A stretch of DNA of 13,769 bases from Chlamydiia bacterium (GCA_049314435.1 JBMOFD010000052.1:1-13769); one strand, 5' to 3'; counted from the first letter of the stretch, positions 1 through 8,037 are shown. Made by a program: numbers and translations. Notes: generated by a model not told the origin, from the letters alone.

Positions 1-20
1 CAGGGTGTCGGGAGTCCGTT

Positions 21-55
21 AGAAGCCCTCTCGCTTTAGCGAGTGGGAGTGTCAC
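21..55 (+). mobile_element. Right end of an IS200/IS605-family (TnpB-type) element; the body would lie upstream of the window
   Basis: AGAAGCCCTCTCGCTTTAGCGAGTGGGAGTGTCAC: GAAG followed by an imperfect subterminal hairpin (CCC-T-CTCGCT/TT/AGCGAG-T-GGG, 26-47) and terminal TCAC (52-55), the typical IS605-group right-end layout. Confidence 0.75.
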
Positions 56-77
56 CACCATTGCCGACTACCCGATC

Positions 78-296
78 ATGTTTCAGTCTCTACCTACTCC
101 GATTCTAGCAGTCCTGCTTCCATTTGCCACCCTCTTTCGACCTAGGAGCTGGACGGAATGCCATGCTGTTGCTGCTTGGCACCATCCTGTGCAAGGGAAA
201 GCGCACAGTGTGCTCTGTGCTGAAAAGCCTGGGAATGGCCCAGGAGGTCAGTTTTTCCAAATTCCATCGACTCCTGAACTGCACCAAATGTAGCCG
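78..296 (+). pseudogene. N-terminal fragment of an IS701-family-like DDE transposase, frameshifted and truncated
   Basis: The frame from 78 gives MFQSLPTPILAVLLPFATLFRPRSW. After a frameshift near 153 the frame of ORF 124 continues RNAMLLLLGTILCKGKRTVCSVLKSLGMAQEVSFSKFHRLLNCTKCS, matching the IS701-type N-terminal pattern (PF..LF...W...LL.G.IL..GKRTV..VLR.MG......F..YHR.LN...WS). No catalytic core follows. Confidence 0.75.
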
Positions 297-328
297 AGAA
301 GCCTCTCACGCCGTGGTCTGCACGCAGG

Positions 329-973
329 CTAATCCTTCTCTTGCGTTGGGAAAATAAAGCGACCAACGACCCATTTTTTGTGCTGGTCGGTCTCTATCCG
401 GTCGATGAGGAATCGTCCACTTCGCACACATTCATCAACAGCTTCAGCGATCGCCTGAATGTAATAGTCATCCACGACCACGACTGTAGAGGGATGAGCT
501 AACTCTCTAAAACAATGAAGGTCAGAGAGCGCGGTTTGCCAATCGTGTCCCCCGTCGACAAATATGAGATCGGCTTTCAGCGTTGACCCGTTCACGAATT
601 GCGGCAGAGTGTGCTTGGAGTCGCCTAGTACAAGGATGTGGCGTCCTGGAAAATACTCATCGATGAGCTCTTTGGCCGCTGTGGCATAATTATGATCGCC
701 TAGGTCGAATGAAATGACCTTGGAGTAGGGGTAGGCGTTCAAGAACAGCTCAGAGGAAAAGCCAGCATTGAACCCTGTTTCCATGATGATGAGTGGTTTC
801 GAAGCATCAACCGCGTTTGACAGGGTGTCTGGCTGCCTCGTTCCAGCGGTATAAATGTGACCTTCGTAGGAATAGGGGCCCCTGAGGGCAAGGTCATTTT
901 GCAAGCGCGTGGCAGAGAGTGTCGGCAAGGTGAGAAATAGCCACAAAGTCAAAGGGATGCAAAGTCGTCTCAT
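329..973 (-). CDS. Class I SAM-dependent methyltransferase (Methyltransf_24-like, probable sugar O-methyltransferase) with N-terminal signal peptide
   Basis: Motifs METGFNAGFS (SAM motif I), ISFD, GDSKHTLP, DLIFVDGGH, VVVDD. N-terminus MRRLCIPLTLWLFLTLPTLSA is basic, then hydrophobic, then L-S-A. ATG 973 preferred; GTG 982 possible. Confidence 0.85.
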   Translation of the reverse strand: MRRLCIPLTLWLFLTLPTLSATRLQNDLALRGPYSYEGHIYTAGTRQPDTLSNAVDASKPLIIMETGFNAGFSSELFLNAYPYSKVISFDLGDHNYATAAKELIDEYFPGRHILVLGDSKHTLPQFVNGSTLKADLIFVDGGHDWQTALSDLHCFRELAHPSTVVVVDDYYIQAIAEAVDECVRSGRFLIDRIETDQHKKWVVGRFIFPTQEKD

Positions 974-983
974 AGAACTCACG

Positions 984-1024
984 CGAGGAAATACCTTGCC
1001 TTCGGCAGGGAGTCGCGTTCCTCG
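984..1024 (-). promoter_or_regulatory. Two-tier stem-loop in the leader of the 973 methyltransferase
   Basis: Outer stem CGAGGAA (984-990)/TTCCTCG (1018-1024) and inner stem CCTTGCC (994-1000)/GGCAGGG (1004-1010); 10 nt from the ATG. Function unknown. Confidence 0.35.
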
Positions 1025-1297
1025 TAGTTAGGGTTGAAGATACCGAGGCTGTCGTTGTTGCCATTGTCGCAGACTAATAGGCTCCAGACTCGGTAAGACA
1101 GGCCTTATGCGAGGCCTTGCTCGGAGTGGATATTGAATGAGCGGCTCTGTTAGTGCAAGTCACCTTGCCAAGGCAAGCAGAAAGTGCTGAGCCTTTCAGT
1201 GTGCCGTACTGGCTCAACATGGATAGTGCCAAAGCCATAGTTCAGCCTCTTCGGATATTTGCTAACCATGACTTGTCATCTCAGCATGATTTGAGCG

Positions 1298-1415
1298 TCG
1301 AATACACCGCGTCCATCTCTTACTTTCTTCTTTCCTTGACACCCCTGCTCTCCCGCTCTTTCGAGCTTAAGCAGTGTCCACTTTTATGGGTGGCAGGATA
1401 TCGAATACACCGCGT
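1298..1415. repeat. Perfect 15-bp direct repeat TCGAATACACCGCGT separated by 88 bp
   Basis: Copies at 1298-1312 and 1401-1415. Confidence 0.95.
1313..1400 (-). mobile_element. Degenerate left end of an IS3-family (IS150-like) element
   Basis: Minus strand reads TATCCTGCCACCCATAAAAGTGGACAC, similar to IS3/IS150-type terminal IRs (TG..CTGCACCC...AA.TGGACA), then a purine-rich RBS-like stretch and AAG GAA AGA AGA AAG TAA (KERRK*), like a mutated orfA start (..RRKY). Confidence 0.5.
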
Positions 1416-1493
1416 AAGTCCGGCAACATGTAGGATCTGAATCCCCCAGCCCCCAACTGGTCCAGCCAAGGGGGCCCCTAGGCGCATACATGC

Positions 1494-1507
1494 GGGGGGG
1501 GGGGGGG
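1494..1507 (+). repeat. G14 homopolymer at the 5' end of the first GT92 gene
   Basis: Fourteen consecutive G; in frame after ATG 1490 and 18 nt upstream of ATG 1526. Confidence 0.9.
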
Positions 1508-1525
1508 CGAACAGGTAGCCCCGAG

Positions 1526-2479
1526 ATGAGATTGTATCGTGCGTATTTAGCAGCGCTATTGTGCGGCCTGAGTGCCTGGGCACAGGCCCCCCATAAATTG
1601 GCCATTGCATCTAAGTTTCGCAATGAGGCTCCATTTCTGCGTGAGTGGATTGAATACCACCGACTGATGGGTGTGGGGCATTTCTGGCTCTACAATGACA
1701 GGAGCACGGATGATTGGGAGCTGATTTTAAGTCCCTACGTAGAGAAAGGCATTGTAGACGTCTTTAACTGGCCCAAACCGGTTGAGGAGGAAAACCATTG
1801 CTACAGTCAGGTCAGAGCCTATCAGGACGCGCTTTGTCGTGCGTTGGGGATAGCCGAATGGGTGGCACTGATTGACATCGATGAGTTTCTCGTTCCGATG
1901 AGAGACGACACTGTGACGGCGTGTTTGGACCGACATTTTTCGGAAGCCTCTGCCATCTATGCCAACTGGCGGATGTTTGGTACCGGTGGTCGCTATGTAC
2001 CTTTTTACACTCCTTTCCTAACGTCATTGCTAAGCTGTAGCCTGGCATCTCATTCGGAAAATTGTATCGGCAAAACGATTGTGCGTCCCGAATGTGCCAT
2101 CGTGGAAACCATGTGGTACGTGCATCATGTGCAGCTAAAGCCTGGCAGTGCGTACTTCACGGGTGATGGTGTCGCCATGAAGTGCGAGAGTGGTGTCGAC
2201 ATATGTACGGATGGGCATCATCACGGTAGGTTTCTTCGCATTAATCACTATTACTTTAGGGACGAAAATTTTTTCCAAAAGGTAAGATTACCTGACCCAA
2301 GGAAGCCCTTTGGGTTGAAAATGGAGCATTACGATGCTTTTTCAACCCAAAGGGACTCTCGCATTGTGGCGCTCATCAAGAAAAATCCACAGGCTTATCA
2401 GAAGATATGGAGGATCAGTGAATTCTTTCCCGAACTATGGGTAGAGGACTTGAATGATCACAATGTTTGGCCACGTTGA
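1526..2479 (+). CDS. GT92 / Glyco_tranf_2_4-like GT-A glycosyltransferase with signal peptide
   Basis: FRNEAPFLREWIEYH..MGV.HFWLYNDRSTD, DxD motif WVALIDIDEF, NWRMFG, GKTIVRP, INHYY. N-terminus MRLYRAYLAALLCGLSAWA/Q. Alternative start at 1490 reads through the G tract. Confidence 0.9.
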   Translation: MRLYRAYLAALLCGLSAWAQAPHKLAIASKFRNEAPFLREWIEYHRLMGVGHFWLYNDRSTDDWELILSPYVEKGIVDVFNWPKPVEEENHCYSQVRAYQDALCRALGIAEWVALIDIDEFLVPMRDDTVTACLDRHFSEASAIYANWRMFGTGGRYVPFYTPFLTSLLSCSLASHSENCIGKTIVRPECAIVETMWYVHHVQLKPGSAYFTGDGVAMKCESGVDICTDGHHHGRFLRINHYYFRDENFFQKVRLPDPRKPFGLKMEHYDAFSTQRDSRIVALIKKNPQAYQKIWRISEFFPELWVEDLNDHNVWPR

Positions 2480-2492
2480 ACAGGTCCATGGA

Positions 2493-3350
2493 TCAGCCAG
2501 AAGCGTGGGTCGGGGACTGAGAAGTTTGGTCAAAGTAGTCCCATGGGAAAGCATCCAGTAGTGGTTGAATGTCGATGTGGGGAGGTTCCTCCCCGCCCAT
2601 TTTGAGGGCCTCCTGTATGGAAGTGGCATATCGAAAATGGGGCCGACCCGTCGATTCATAGTAGTCCTGGTACTTCAGCAAAGCCTCGATCCAGGTCATC
2701 TTGATGAGTCTGGCTGGAATGCCGAAGGACTCGGCTACAATGATCCCATGCAGGCTGCTCGAGATGACCAAACGACTCTGCAGCATCTTTCGTATGATCT
2801 GGTCCCAAGGTTCGGTGGGCAGGACCAGGTTCTTGTAGGCGGAGAAACAAGACATTTCCCCGATGTTGGGGATCACAATGTAGTCCAGCAGGGGAGCTCC
2901 CCTCTTGAATTCCGGAAACAAGTGGGCCATCAGGATGGCCGGGTCGCCATACACAGGAGGACACTCGATCCCCATGGACAAGAGATGCTCTCGGGTTCTC
3001 GGACCTCTCACGGCTCTGACATCAAGAGTGCGGAAACGATGTTCCTGAGAAGGGGCTTCTCGAAATCCCGATCCCCAGATGATATCTCCATCCAGAGCAT
3101 AGTGCAGGATGGAGCCCACACCCAGCAGTCGTCCTGGGCCAGTATATCCTGCTTTGAGTTCTAAAAAGTCCACATGTTGACCGACGATTCGGTCGACAAT
3201 TATCCCTGAAAGATGGTCACCGAAATTATAGGGACGCATATCAACTGAAAACCAACCATACAGGTTGCTCTGGTAAGAGGCAGCGATCGCGCTAGCCGTT
3301 CCCAGTGCCAGGACGAATACTAGAAAAGTTGGTGATAGAATAAATTTCAT
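2493..3350 (-). CDS. Polysaccharide pyruvyltransferase, ExoV-like, with signal peptide
   Basis: NFGDHLS, GVGSIL, IWGSG, AVRGPRT, YGDPAIL, SSSLHGIIVAESFGIP, KYQDYY. N-terminus MKFILSPTFLVFVLALGTASAIAA. Confidence 0.9.
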   Translation of the reverse strand: MKFILSPTFLVFVLALGTASAIAASYQSNLYGWFSVDMRPYNFGDHLSGIIVDRIVGQHVDFLELKAGYTGPGRLLGVGSILHYALDGDIIWGSGFREAPSQEHRFRTLDVRAVRGPRTREHLLSMGIECPPVYGDPAILMAHLFPEFKRGAPLLDYIVIPNIGEMSCFSAYKNLVLPTEPWDQIIRKMLQSRLVISSSLHGIIVAESFGIPARLIKMTWIEALLKYQDYYESTGRPHFRYATSIQEALKMGGEEPPHIDIQPLLDAFPWDYFDQTSQSPTHASG

Positions 3351-3368
3351 CAACAATCGAATGCGCCT

Positions 3369-4100
3369 CTATTCTTTGGTGAGATGGTGAGCTGCCTCTA
3401 GTCTCTCGCTGGTTTTCTGAAGGAGTAAGTATTTGGCTGGTCTATCGTAGGCGGACAGCACCTCGGCTCTCTCCAACAGATAGACCAGCGATTGACGCCT
3501 TGAGAACCAATTTGGGTCATTCAGTAGAACATATCCACCATCCCTAACCTTGGGGAAATACAACAAGACGTCCTCAAAGCCTATTTCCATGTGGTTGCCA
3601 TCTAGATGAATAAAGTCAATCGACTCATCGGCAAATAGATGCACAACTTGTCTGGCAGGCTTCCGAATCAATTTGCAATAGGGACGCAGCTTGTATTGGT
3701 CTAAAAGGGACTTGGTTTGGTTCACAAGTGCGTCAAAGTCCAGTGCCATCCACCACACATAGTTGGGATCAGAGGGTGCATAGCCGCTCACGGCCTCAAC
3801 AGGATCCCAAGCATCAATGGCATAGACTTTGCCACACCCTTGATACTGCAGCGCTCTAGAGATAGGGAAGAGAGAAGCTCCCAAGAAGACCCCGATTTCT
3901 ACACAGACCTTGCAGGAATGGTCGTGGATCAGGTCCATAATCAGAGCAGCCTTGTCCCTGGTACACCACCCAGAAATAGACGCACTCTTTTCGATGCTCT
4001 CCTGTCTAAACGACGTCCATGATTCAAAGTCGGCTGACACACTCGCTGCGGCAAACATGAGCAGGATAAAGGTCTGTTGACGCATGCAGAAGCTGGTCAT
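3369..4100 (-). CDS. Class I SAM-dependent methyltransferase (Methyltransf_24-like) with signal peptide
   Basis: GWC..DKA, VEIGVFLGAS, AIDAW, IDFIHLDGNH, PKVRDGG. ATG 4100 is preceded by AGGGGA (SD-like). N-terminus MTSFCMRQQTFILLMFAAASVSA/D. Confidence 0.88.
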   Translation of the reverse strand: MTSFCMRQQTFILLMFAAASVSADFESWTSFRQESIEKSASISGWCTRDKAALIMDLIHDHSCKVCVEIGVFLGASLFPISRALQYQGCGKVYAIDAWDPVEAVSGYAPSDPNYVWWMALDFDALVNQTKSLLDQYKLRPYCKLIRKPARQVVHLFADESIDFIHLDGNHMEIGFEDVLLYFPKVRDGGYVLLNDPNWFSRRQSLVYLLERAEVLSAYDRPAKYLLLQKTSERLEAAHHLTKE

Positions 4101-4274
4101 GTGGTTCCCCTGATTGGTGCACTTCACAAAAGGCCGCTCTAGTGATTTCGTGGAACTTGTGTTCGCCCAATTCTATGCCTGTGAGATGATATTGCTTCAT
4201 CAGGTGTAGCTCCCTTCCTTGTCCAACCAAACGGAGACCGCGTATTCAGATTGGACGACGAGATAGGATATCGT

Positions 4275-4547
4275 CTAGTAGGCGACGAAATAAGTCTTGA
4301 GGGGTGAGTGCGGCTAAGTCGATGATTGTCAAATAGATATGAACGTATACGTGAAGATGGGGTCTCGCTACTCCTATCTTTGGCAACAAACCGCTAGCGG
4401 CACCCAACCCCTCAAGACTTAACGGTTAGCGGGTCGGGATGAAAACGAGACTACAAGGCATCTTTAAAACGATTGGCGGTCCAACGATACCTTGTGAGCT
4501 TGAATTGCTCTATAGCGGCCATCAAGACTTATTTGGTCGTCTACTAG
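4275..4547. mobile_element. Non-autonomous MITE-like element: 265 bp with 22-bp terminal inverted repeats, flanked by CTAG on both sides
   Basis: CTAG (4275-4278) + TAGGCGACGAAATAAGTCTTGA (4279-4300) ... TCAAGACTTATTTGGTCGTCTA (4522-4543) + CTAG (4544-4547); 20/22 IR match; no ORF of 60 codons or more inside. Confidence 0.8.
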
Positions 4548-5117
4548 TCTGTATAAAATTTCGTGGATCGGTCATGCCCGACAATGACTCTTAAGGTCGT
4601 TGTGGGTGTCTCCCACGCAAAATAGACGTGCGCTGAATAATTGTTGATCATGATTTCGTGCTTAAATTGTCGCATCGATGATATGACGTGTTCACGTACA
4701 TCACTGAGGTTGTAAAGGGATCGATGCTGCTTCACAGTCACAGCGGTGCATCACCGTGGGGTGTTGCGGTGAAGGCGGTGGCCTGGTTCATGGACATGTA
4801 GGAAGGAGCATTTGCCGCAGGGGATGACGGTATTGTCTTCTTGCGAAGACCGAGGTAGAGGCAGCACTATTTCGAACTGTGCGTTTGGATGGTAGGCTGT
4901 GTGGTCAAACGCTCGGGCGGAGAAGTAGGTCGTGGTGGCGTCCCCCTTTGCCAGGCATCCAGGGCACGATGGCGGCCCTGAAGACTGGACTAGGTGGCTG
5001 GACAAGCGCGGCATACTGAACGATCGTATTTCTGCCATACGCCATGAACTATTCCTAAGGGGATGGGCTGCATTGCAGTAGAGTCTGAATGTCAATCGTC
5101 AAAAAGGAGAATCAGCT

Positions 5118-5876
5118 TTGAAACTACATTTTTTTCATCGAGTAGTCACTGTGGCAGTCTGTTGCGCAACTGCATGGATGGCACCCCTATCGGCATGGGA
5201 CGCTGAGGACTGTTTTTGGGAGTTGCCGCCTGAGCAGGTACAGCAGGTGAATGACCCAGCGTTTGTCGAGCTGAAAGATAAGATGAGAGAAGCCGTCAAG
5301 GGATCTTGGTGCTCTGAGGAGAAGCTCAATCTTCTCATGGATACCGTCTTGATCCAGAAGCCGTCAGTCTGCGTGGAAGTAGGGGCCTTTATGGGTTCAT
5401 CCGTACTGCCCGTTGCAGCGACACTGCAGTATCTACATCATGGGCGCGTTTTCGCCGTGGATGGCTGGTCGAATGATTTGGCGGTTCGCTATTTAGATAA
5501 AGAGGATCCCAATCGTCCATGGTGGGGTTCTCTGCCTATGGATAGTATAGAGGCACATTTCTACCATCTCATTAATCATTACGGCGTGACAGATCAGGTT
5601 GCCGTAATCAAGGCGGACTCTGTCGAAGCAGCGAATCTATTTGAACAGATCGATTTTCTCCATCTTGACGGGGATTATTCAGCAACCGGTTCAAGTGCCG
5701 ATGTGGATGCCTATCTCCCTCATGTGCGGTCTGGAGGTCTCGTACTGCTGTCAAATGTCTATGTGATGGTGAACGGGAAGCAGCCCAAACTCAAAGCCGT
5801 CCAGCGACTGATGAAATATTGCGATATTTTGAGCTCGATCGAGCGAGACCATGCCATTCTGTTTGTCAAGCGCTAG
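5118..5876 (+). CDS. Class I SAM-dependent methyltransferase (Methyltransf_24-like) with signal peptide
   Basis: TTG start after AAGGAG. SWCSEEK, VEVGAFMGSS, AVDGW, IDFLHLDGDY, PHVRSGG. N-terminus ends ...CCATAWMAPLSA/W. Confidence 0.88.
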   Translation: MKLHFFHRVVTVAVCCATAWMAPLSAWDAEDCFWELPPEQVQQVNDPAFVELKDKMREAVKGSWCSEEKLNLLMDTVLIQKPSVCVEVGAFMGSSVLPVAATLQYLHHGRVFAVDGWSNDLAVRYLDKEDPNRPWWGSLPMDSIEAHFYHLINHYGVTDQVAVIKADSVEAANLFEQIDFLHLDGDYSATGSSADVDAYLPHVRSGGLVLLSNVYVMVNGKQPKLKAVQRLMKYCDILSSIERDHAILFVKR

Positions 5877-5897
5877 GTCGTCTGCTGTTGAATGAAT

Positions 5898-5943
5898 AGA
5901 GCTTCCCGGGGACCTTTGAGTCTTCGGGAGGCTCTTATTGTTT
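5898..5943 (+). terminator. Probable intrinsic terminator between convergent genes
   Basis: AGAGCTTCCCGGGGAC-CTTTGA-GTCTTCGGGAGGCTCT (16-bp stem with G-U pairs, 5898-5935) followed by TATTGTTT; starts 22 nt after the 5876 stop. Confidence 0.7.
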
Positions 5944-6002
5944 CAGCGAAGGCGGCGGCGTGGCGCCCGCGCTTGTTCTAGCGACCCCAGCTAAGAGAAG
6001 AT

Positions 6003-6980
6003 CTAGTCGGCTCCAAACAATAGGGGCGGAGTATTGGGGACGAAGGGAGCCCAATGAAGATTCCAGGCTTCTGGATAGTTCTTTTTCAGAAAGCGAATCA
6101 TGGCATCGTTGGGAACGGAGGCGTATTGCCGATAGTGGTTTTGGCAGATGGCCGCTCCTCCGGAATAGAGGGGGATGCGGTAGTTCCAGAAAAAATTCTC
6201 ATCACGCATCACGTAATGGTTCAAGACAAGAAGCTTATCGCCTTGGAGGACGGGCATTAAACTCTGCGAGCTTTCCTCCTGAGATACCGATGTCCCATCT
6301 CCTTTGGCGTATAGTTCGCTCTGTAGCAGCGGGGCCCAGTGCACATTATTGATCGCAGGGACGACCACTTTGTCGGGCCGCACAAGGACCTTGCCAGTGA
6401 AATTGTTGGGGTGGCCCTTCAAGGAGCATGCTGTTAAGGCGCCTAGGAGCCATCCCCCTTGCGGAAGCGTGACCCCACTGGTGCCAAAGCAGCGCCAGTT
6501 CACGAATACACCACCAAAGGGCTCAAAGCGTGCAAGACATTGTGGCAAGGAGCGGTCTCTCTGAGGGAGAAAGAACTCGTCCATATCGATGAATGCCAGC
6601 CAGTCCACTTTCCCACGAGCGGCCGTGACCCCATCACGAAAACTAAGCACCTGTGTAATGAGTGGGAACTTGAGAGTTTTCTCCACGGTCGGATAGCGAA
6701 TCAGGTGAACAAGCCCTTGCTCGATGTAGGGTGCCAATACGGCTTCTGGTGAGTCTGTGCTTTCGTTGTCGTACAACCAGAATGCGGAAACCCCTAGCAA
6801 CCGGTGGTACTCAATCCACTCAACCATGTAGGGAGTTTCATTCTTGAACATGGTTGCGATGCCGACCGTGGGCAGGGGCTGTGCAGATGCCGAGACACCA
6901 AACCATAAGCCTACGGCACATAGACCGGCTCGACCTAACCAAAAGCGCGTAGTGAAAGAGGAAAGCTGATGAACTTGCAT
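6003..6980 (-). CDS. GT92 / Glyco_tranf_2_4-like glycosyltransferase with signal peptide
   Basis: MFKNETPYMVEWIEYH.LLGV..FWLYDNESTD, WLAFIDMDEF, NWRCFG, GKVLVRP, LNHYV. Leader ends ...AGLCAVGLWFGVSASA/Q. Confidence 0.9.
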   Translation of the reverse strand: MQVHQLSSFTTRFWLGRAGLCAVGLWFGVSASAQPLPTVGIATMFKNETPYMVEWIEYHRLLGVSAFWLYDNESTDSPEAVLAPYIEQGLVHLIRYPTVEKTLKFPLITQVLSFRDGVTAARGKVDWLAFIDMDEFFLPQRDRSLPQCLARFEPFGGVFVNWRCFGTSGVTLPQGGWLLGALTACSLKGHPNNFTGKVLVRPDKVVVPAINNVHWAPLLQSELYAKGDGTSVSQEESSQSLMPVLQGDKLLVLNHYVMRDENFFWNYRIPLYSGGAAICQNHYRQYASVPNDAMIRFLKKNYPEAWNLHWAPFVPNTPPLLFGAD

Positions 6981-7072
6981 GAGTCTCCGGTCGAAGCAAA
7001 ATGGCCTGAAATAGGTTGACGAGATAGTCTAACGCTACAAGACACCTTTCAGACCCTCCGCATATTCATAAC

Positions 7073-8005
7073 ATGAAACAACGTTTTCAGGGCAGCTGCG
7101 AGCGATTCAGAGCGCCTAGATTAGTTCTTACTTCAACTTGGGTTACTTTTTCTAGCATGGCGGGGGCCCTTGGCCTGGCCAATCAACCTCCACAGGAGCC
7201 CCGCTATGTGAGTGTTGACCTGAGTGGTCAGCTCGGCAATCAGATGTTTGAGATCGCAACAGCCTATGCCTATGCTTTGGATCATGGGATACCGCTTCTA
7301 GTCCCGGATCTAGCAAACCGTGGAGATGCTGATGGAACGGCGGAAAATGCCAGACGCCTATTCCAAAAAGTGTCATCCGAACCGTGGCCGGTTTCCCCTA
7401 CTTGCGACTACACTGAATCGGGGTTTGAGTATCACCCATTGCCCATTACGGAGCGATTACACCTGCACGGGTACTTCCAATCGGAAAGATACTTTGCTCA
7501 CCGTCGGGCAGAGATCTTGGAGTTATTTCAGTTCGATCCGAAAATCTGGGCCGAGGTGTTGAAAAGGTATCCGCAACTGAAACACCCACACAAAGTTGGG
7601 GTACATGTTCGCCCCTACTTCTTCGAGACTGGCACGGATTTCTACCCATCCTTTGGGACGCACTATTTTAGACGCGCCATAGAACAATTTCCGCCGGATT
7701 GTCTTTTTGTCGTGTGCTCAAATGCACTTGACTACGCGAAGAAAGTGATGGCCCCAATCGCCGGTCGACAGTTTCTGTTCATAGAAGGGACCAATCGTTT
7801 TGATGATATGATGATTCTATCGAAATGCGACCATTTGATCGGAAGTAATAGCTCCTTTTCCTGGTGGGCGGCGTGGTTGGAGGATCGTGCTGGCCGGCGT
7901 GTGATCATGCCTCGACCATGGTTTGGACCCGCCCTCCCCTTAAACATTCAGGATCTTGTTCCGGATCGCTGGGAGATCCTCGATTCATATAGCGAAGCAC
8001 CATAG
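7073..8005 (+). CDS. GT11 alpha-1,2-fucosyltransferase-like protein with N-terminal hydrophobic leader
   Basis: GQLGNQMFEIA, HGYFQSERYF, VGVHVR, DMMILSKCDHLIGSNSSFSWWAAWL, P.PWF, DLVPDRW. Confidence 0.9.
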   Translation: MKQRFQGSCERFRAPRLVLTSTWVTFSSMAGALGLANQPPQEPRYVSVDLSGQLGNQMFEIATAYAYALDHGIPLLVPDLANRGDADGTAENARRLFQKVSSEPWPVSPTCDYTESGFEYHPLPITERLHLHGYFQSERYFAHRRAEILELFQFDPKIWAEVLKRYPQLKHPHKVGVHVRPYFFETGTDFYPSFGTHYFRRAIEQFPPDCLFVVCSNALDYAKKVMAPIAGRQFLFIEGTNRFDDMMILSKCDHLIGSNSSFSWWAAWLEDRAGRRVIMPRPWFGPALPLNIQDLVPDRWEILDSYSEAP

Positions 8006-8037
8006 AGCCATCTTGGGCAATGAAATAGCTCCCAGCG

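Noticed and set aside
291..331. AGAAGCC... segment with short stems, resembling a second IS605 end or a terminator
   Set aside because: Stems are only 4-5 bp, with no TCAC/TCAA end and no U tract.
1153..1440. 95-aa plus-strand ORF in the first divergent spacer
   Set aside because: GTG start, no recognisable motif, and it runs across the direct repeat and the antisense of the IS3-like end.
2565..3164. 199-aa antisense ORF, and similar ones at 8305-8763, 10038-10595 and 11303-11779
   Set aside because: Shadow frames overlapping well-supported genes on the opposite strand, with no motifs.
4279..4543. Repeated TCAAGACTTA units considered as a CRISPR array or integron attC sites
   Set aside because: Only three copies in mixed orientation with irregular spacing, no cas or integrase gene and no RYYYAAC/GTTRRRY ends; a MITE explains it better.
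7016..7045. TTGACG as a -35 box for the GT11 gene
   Set aside because: No convincing -10 hexamer at 16-18 bp spacing.
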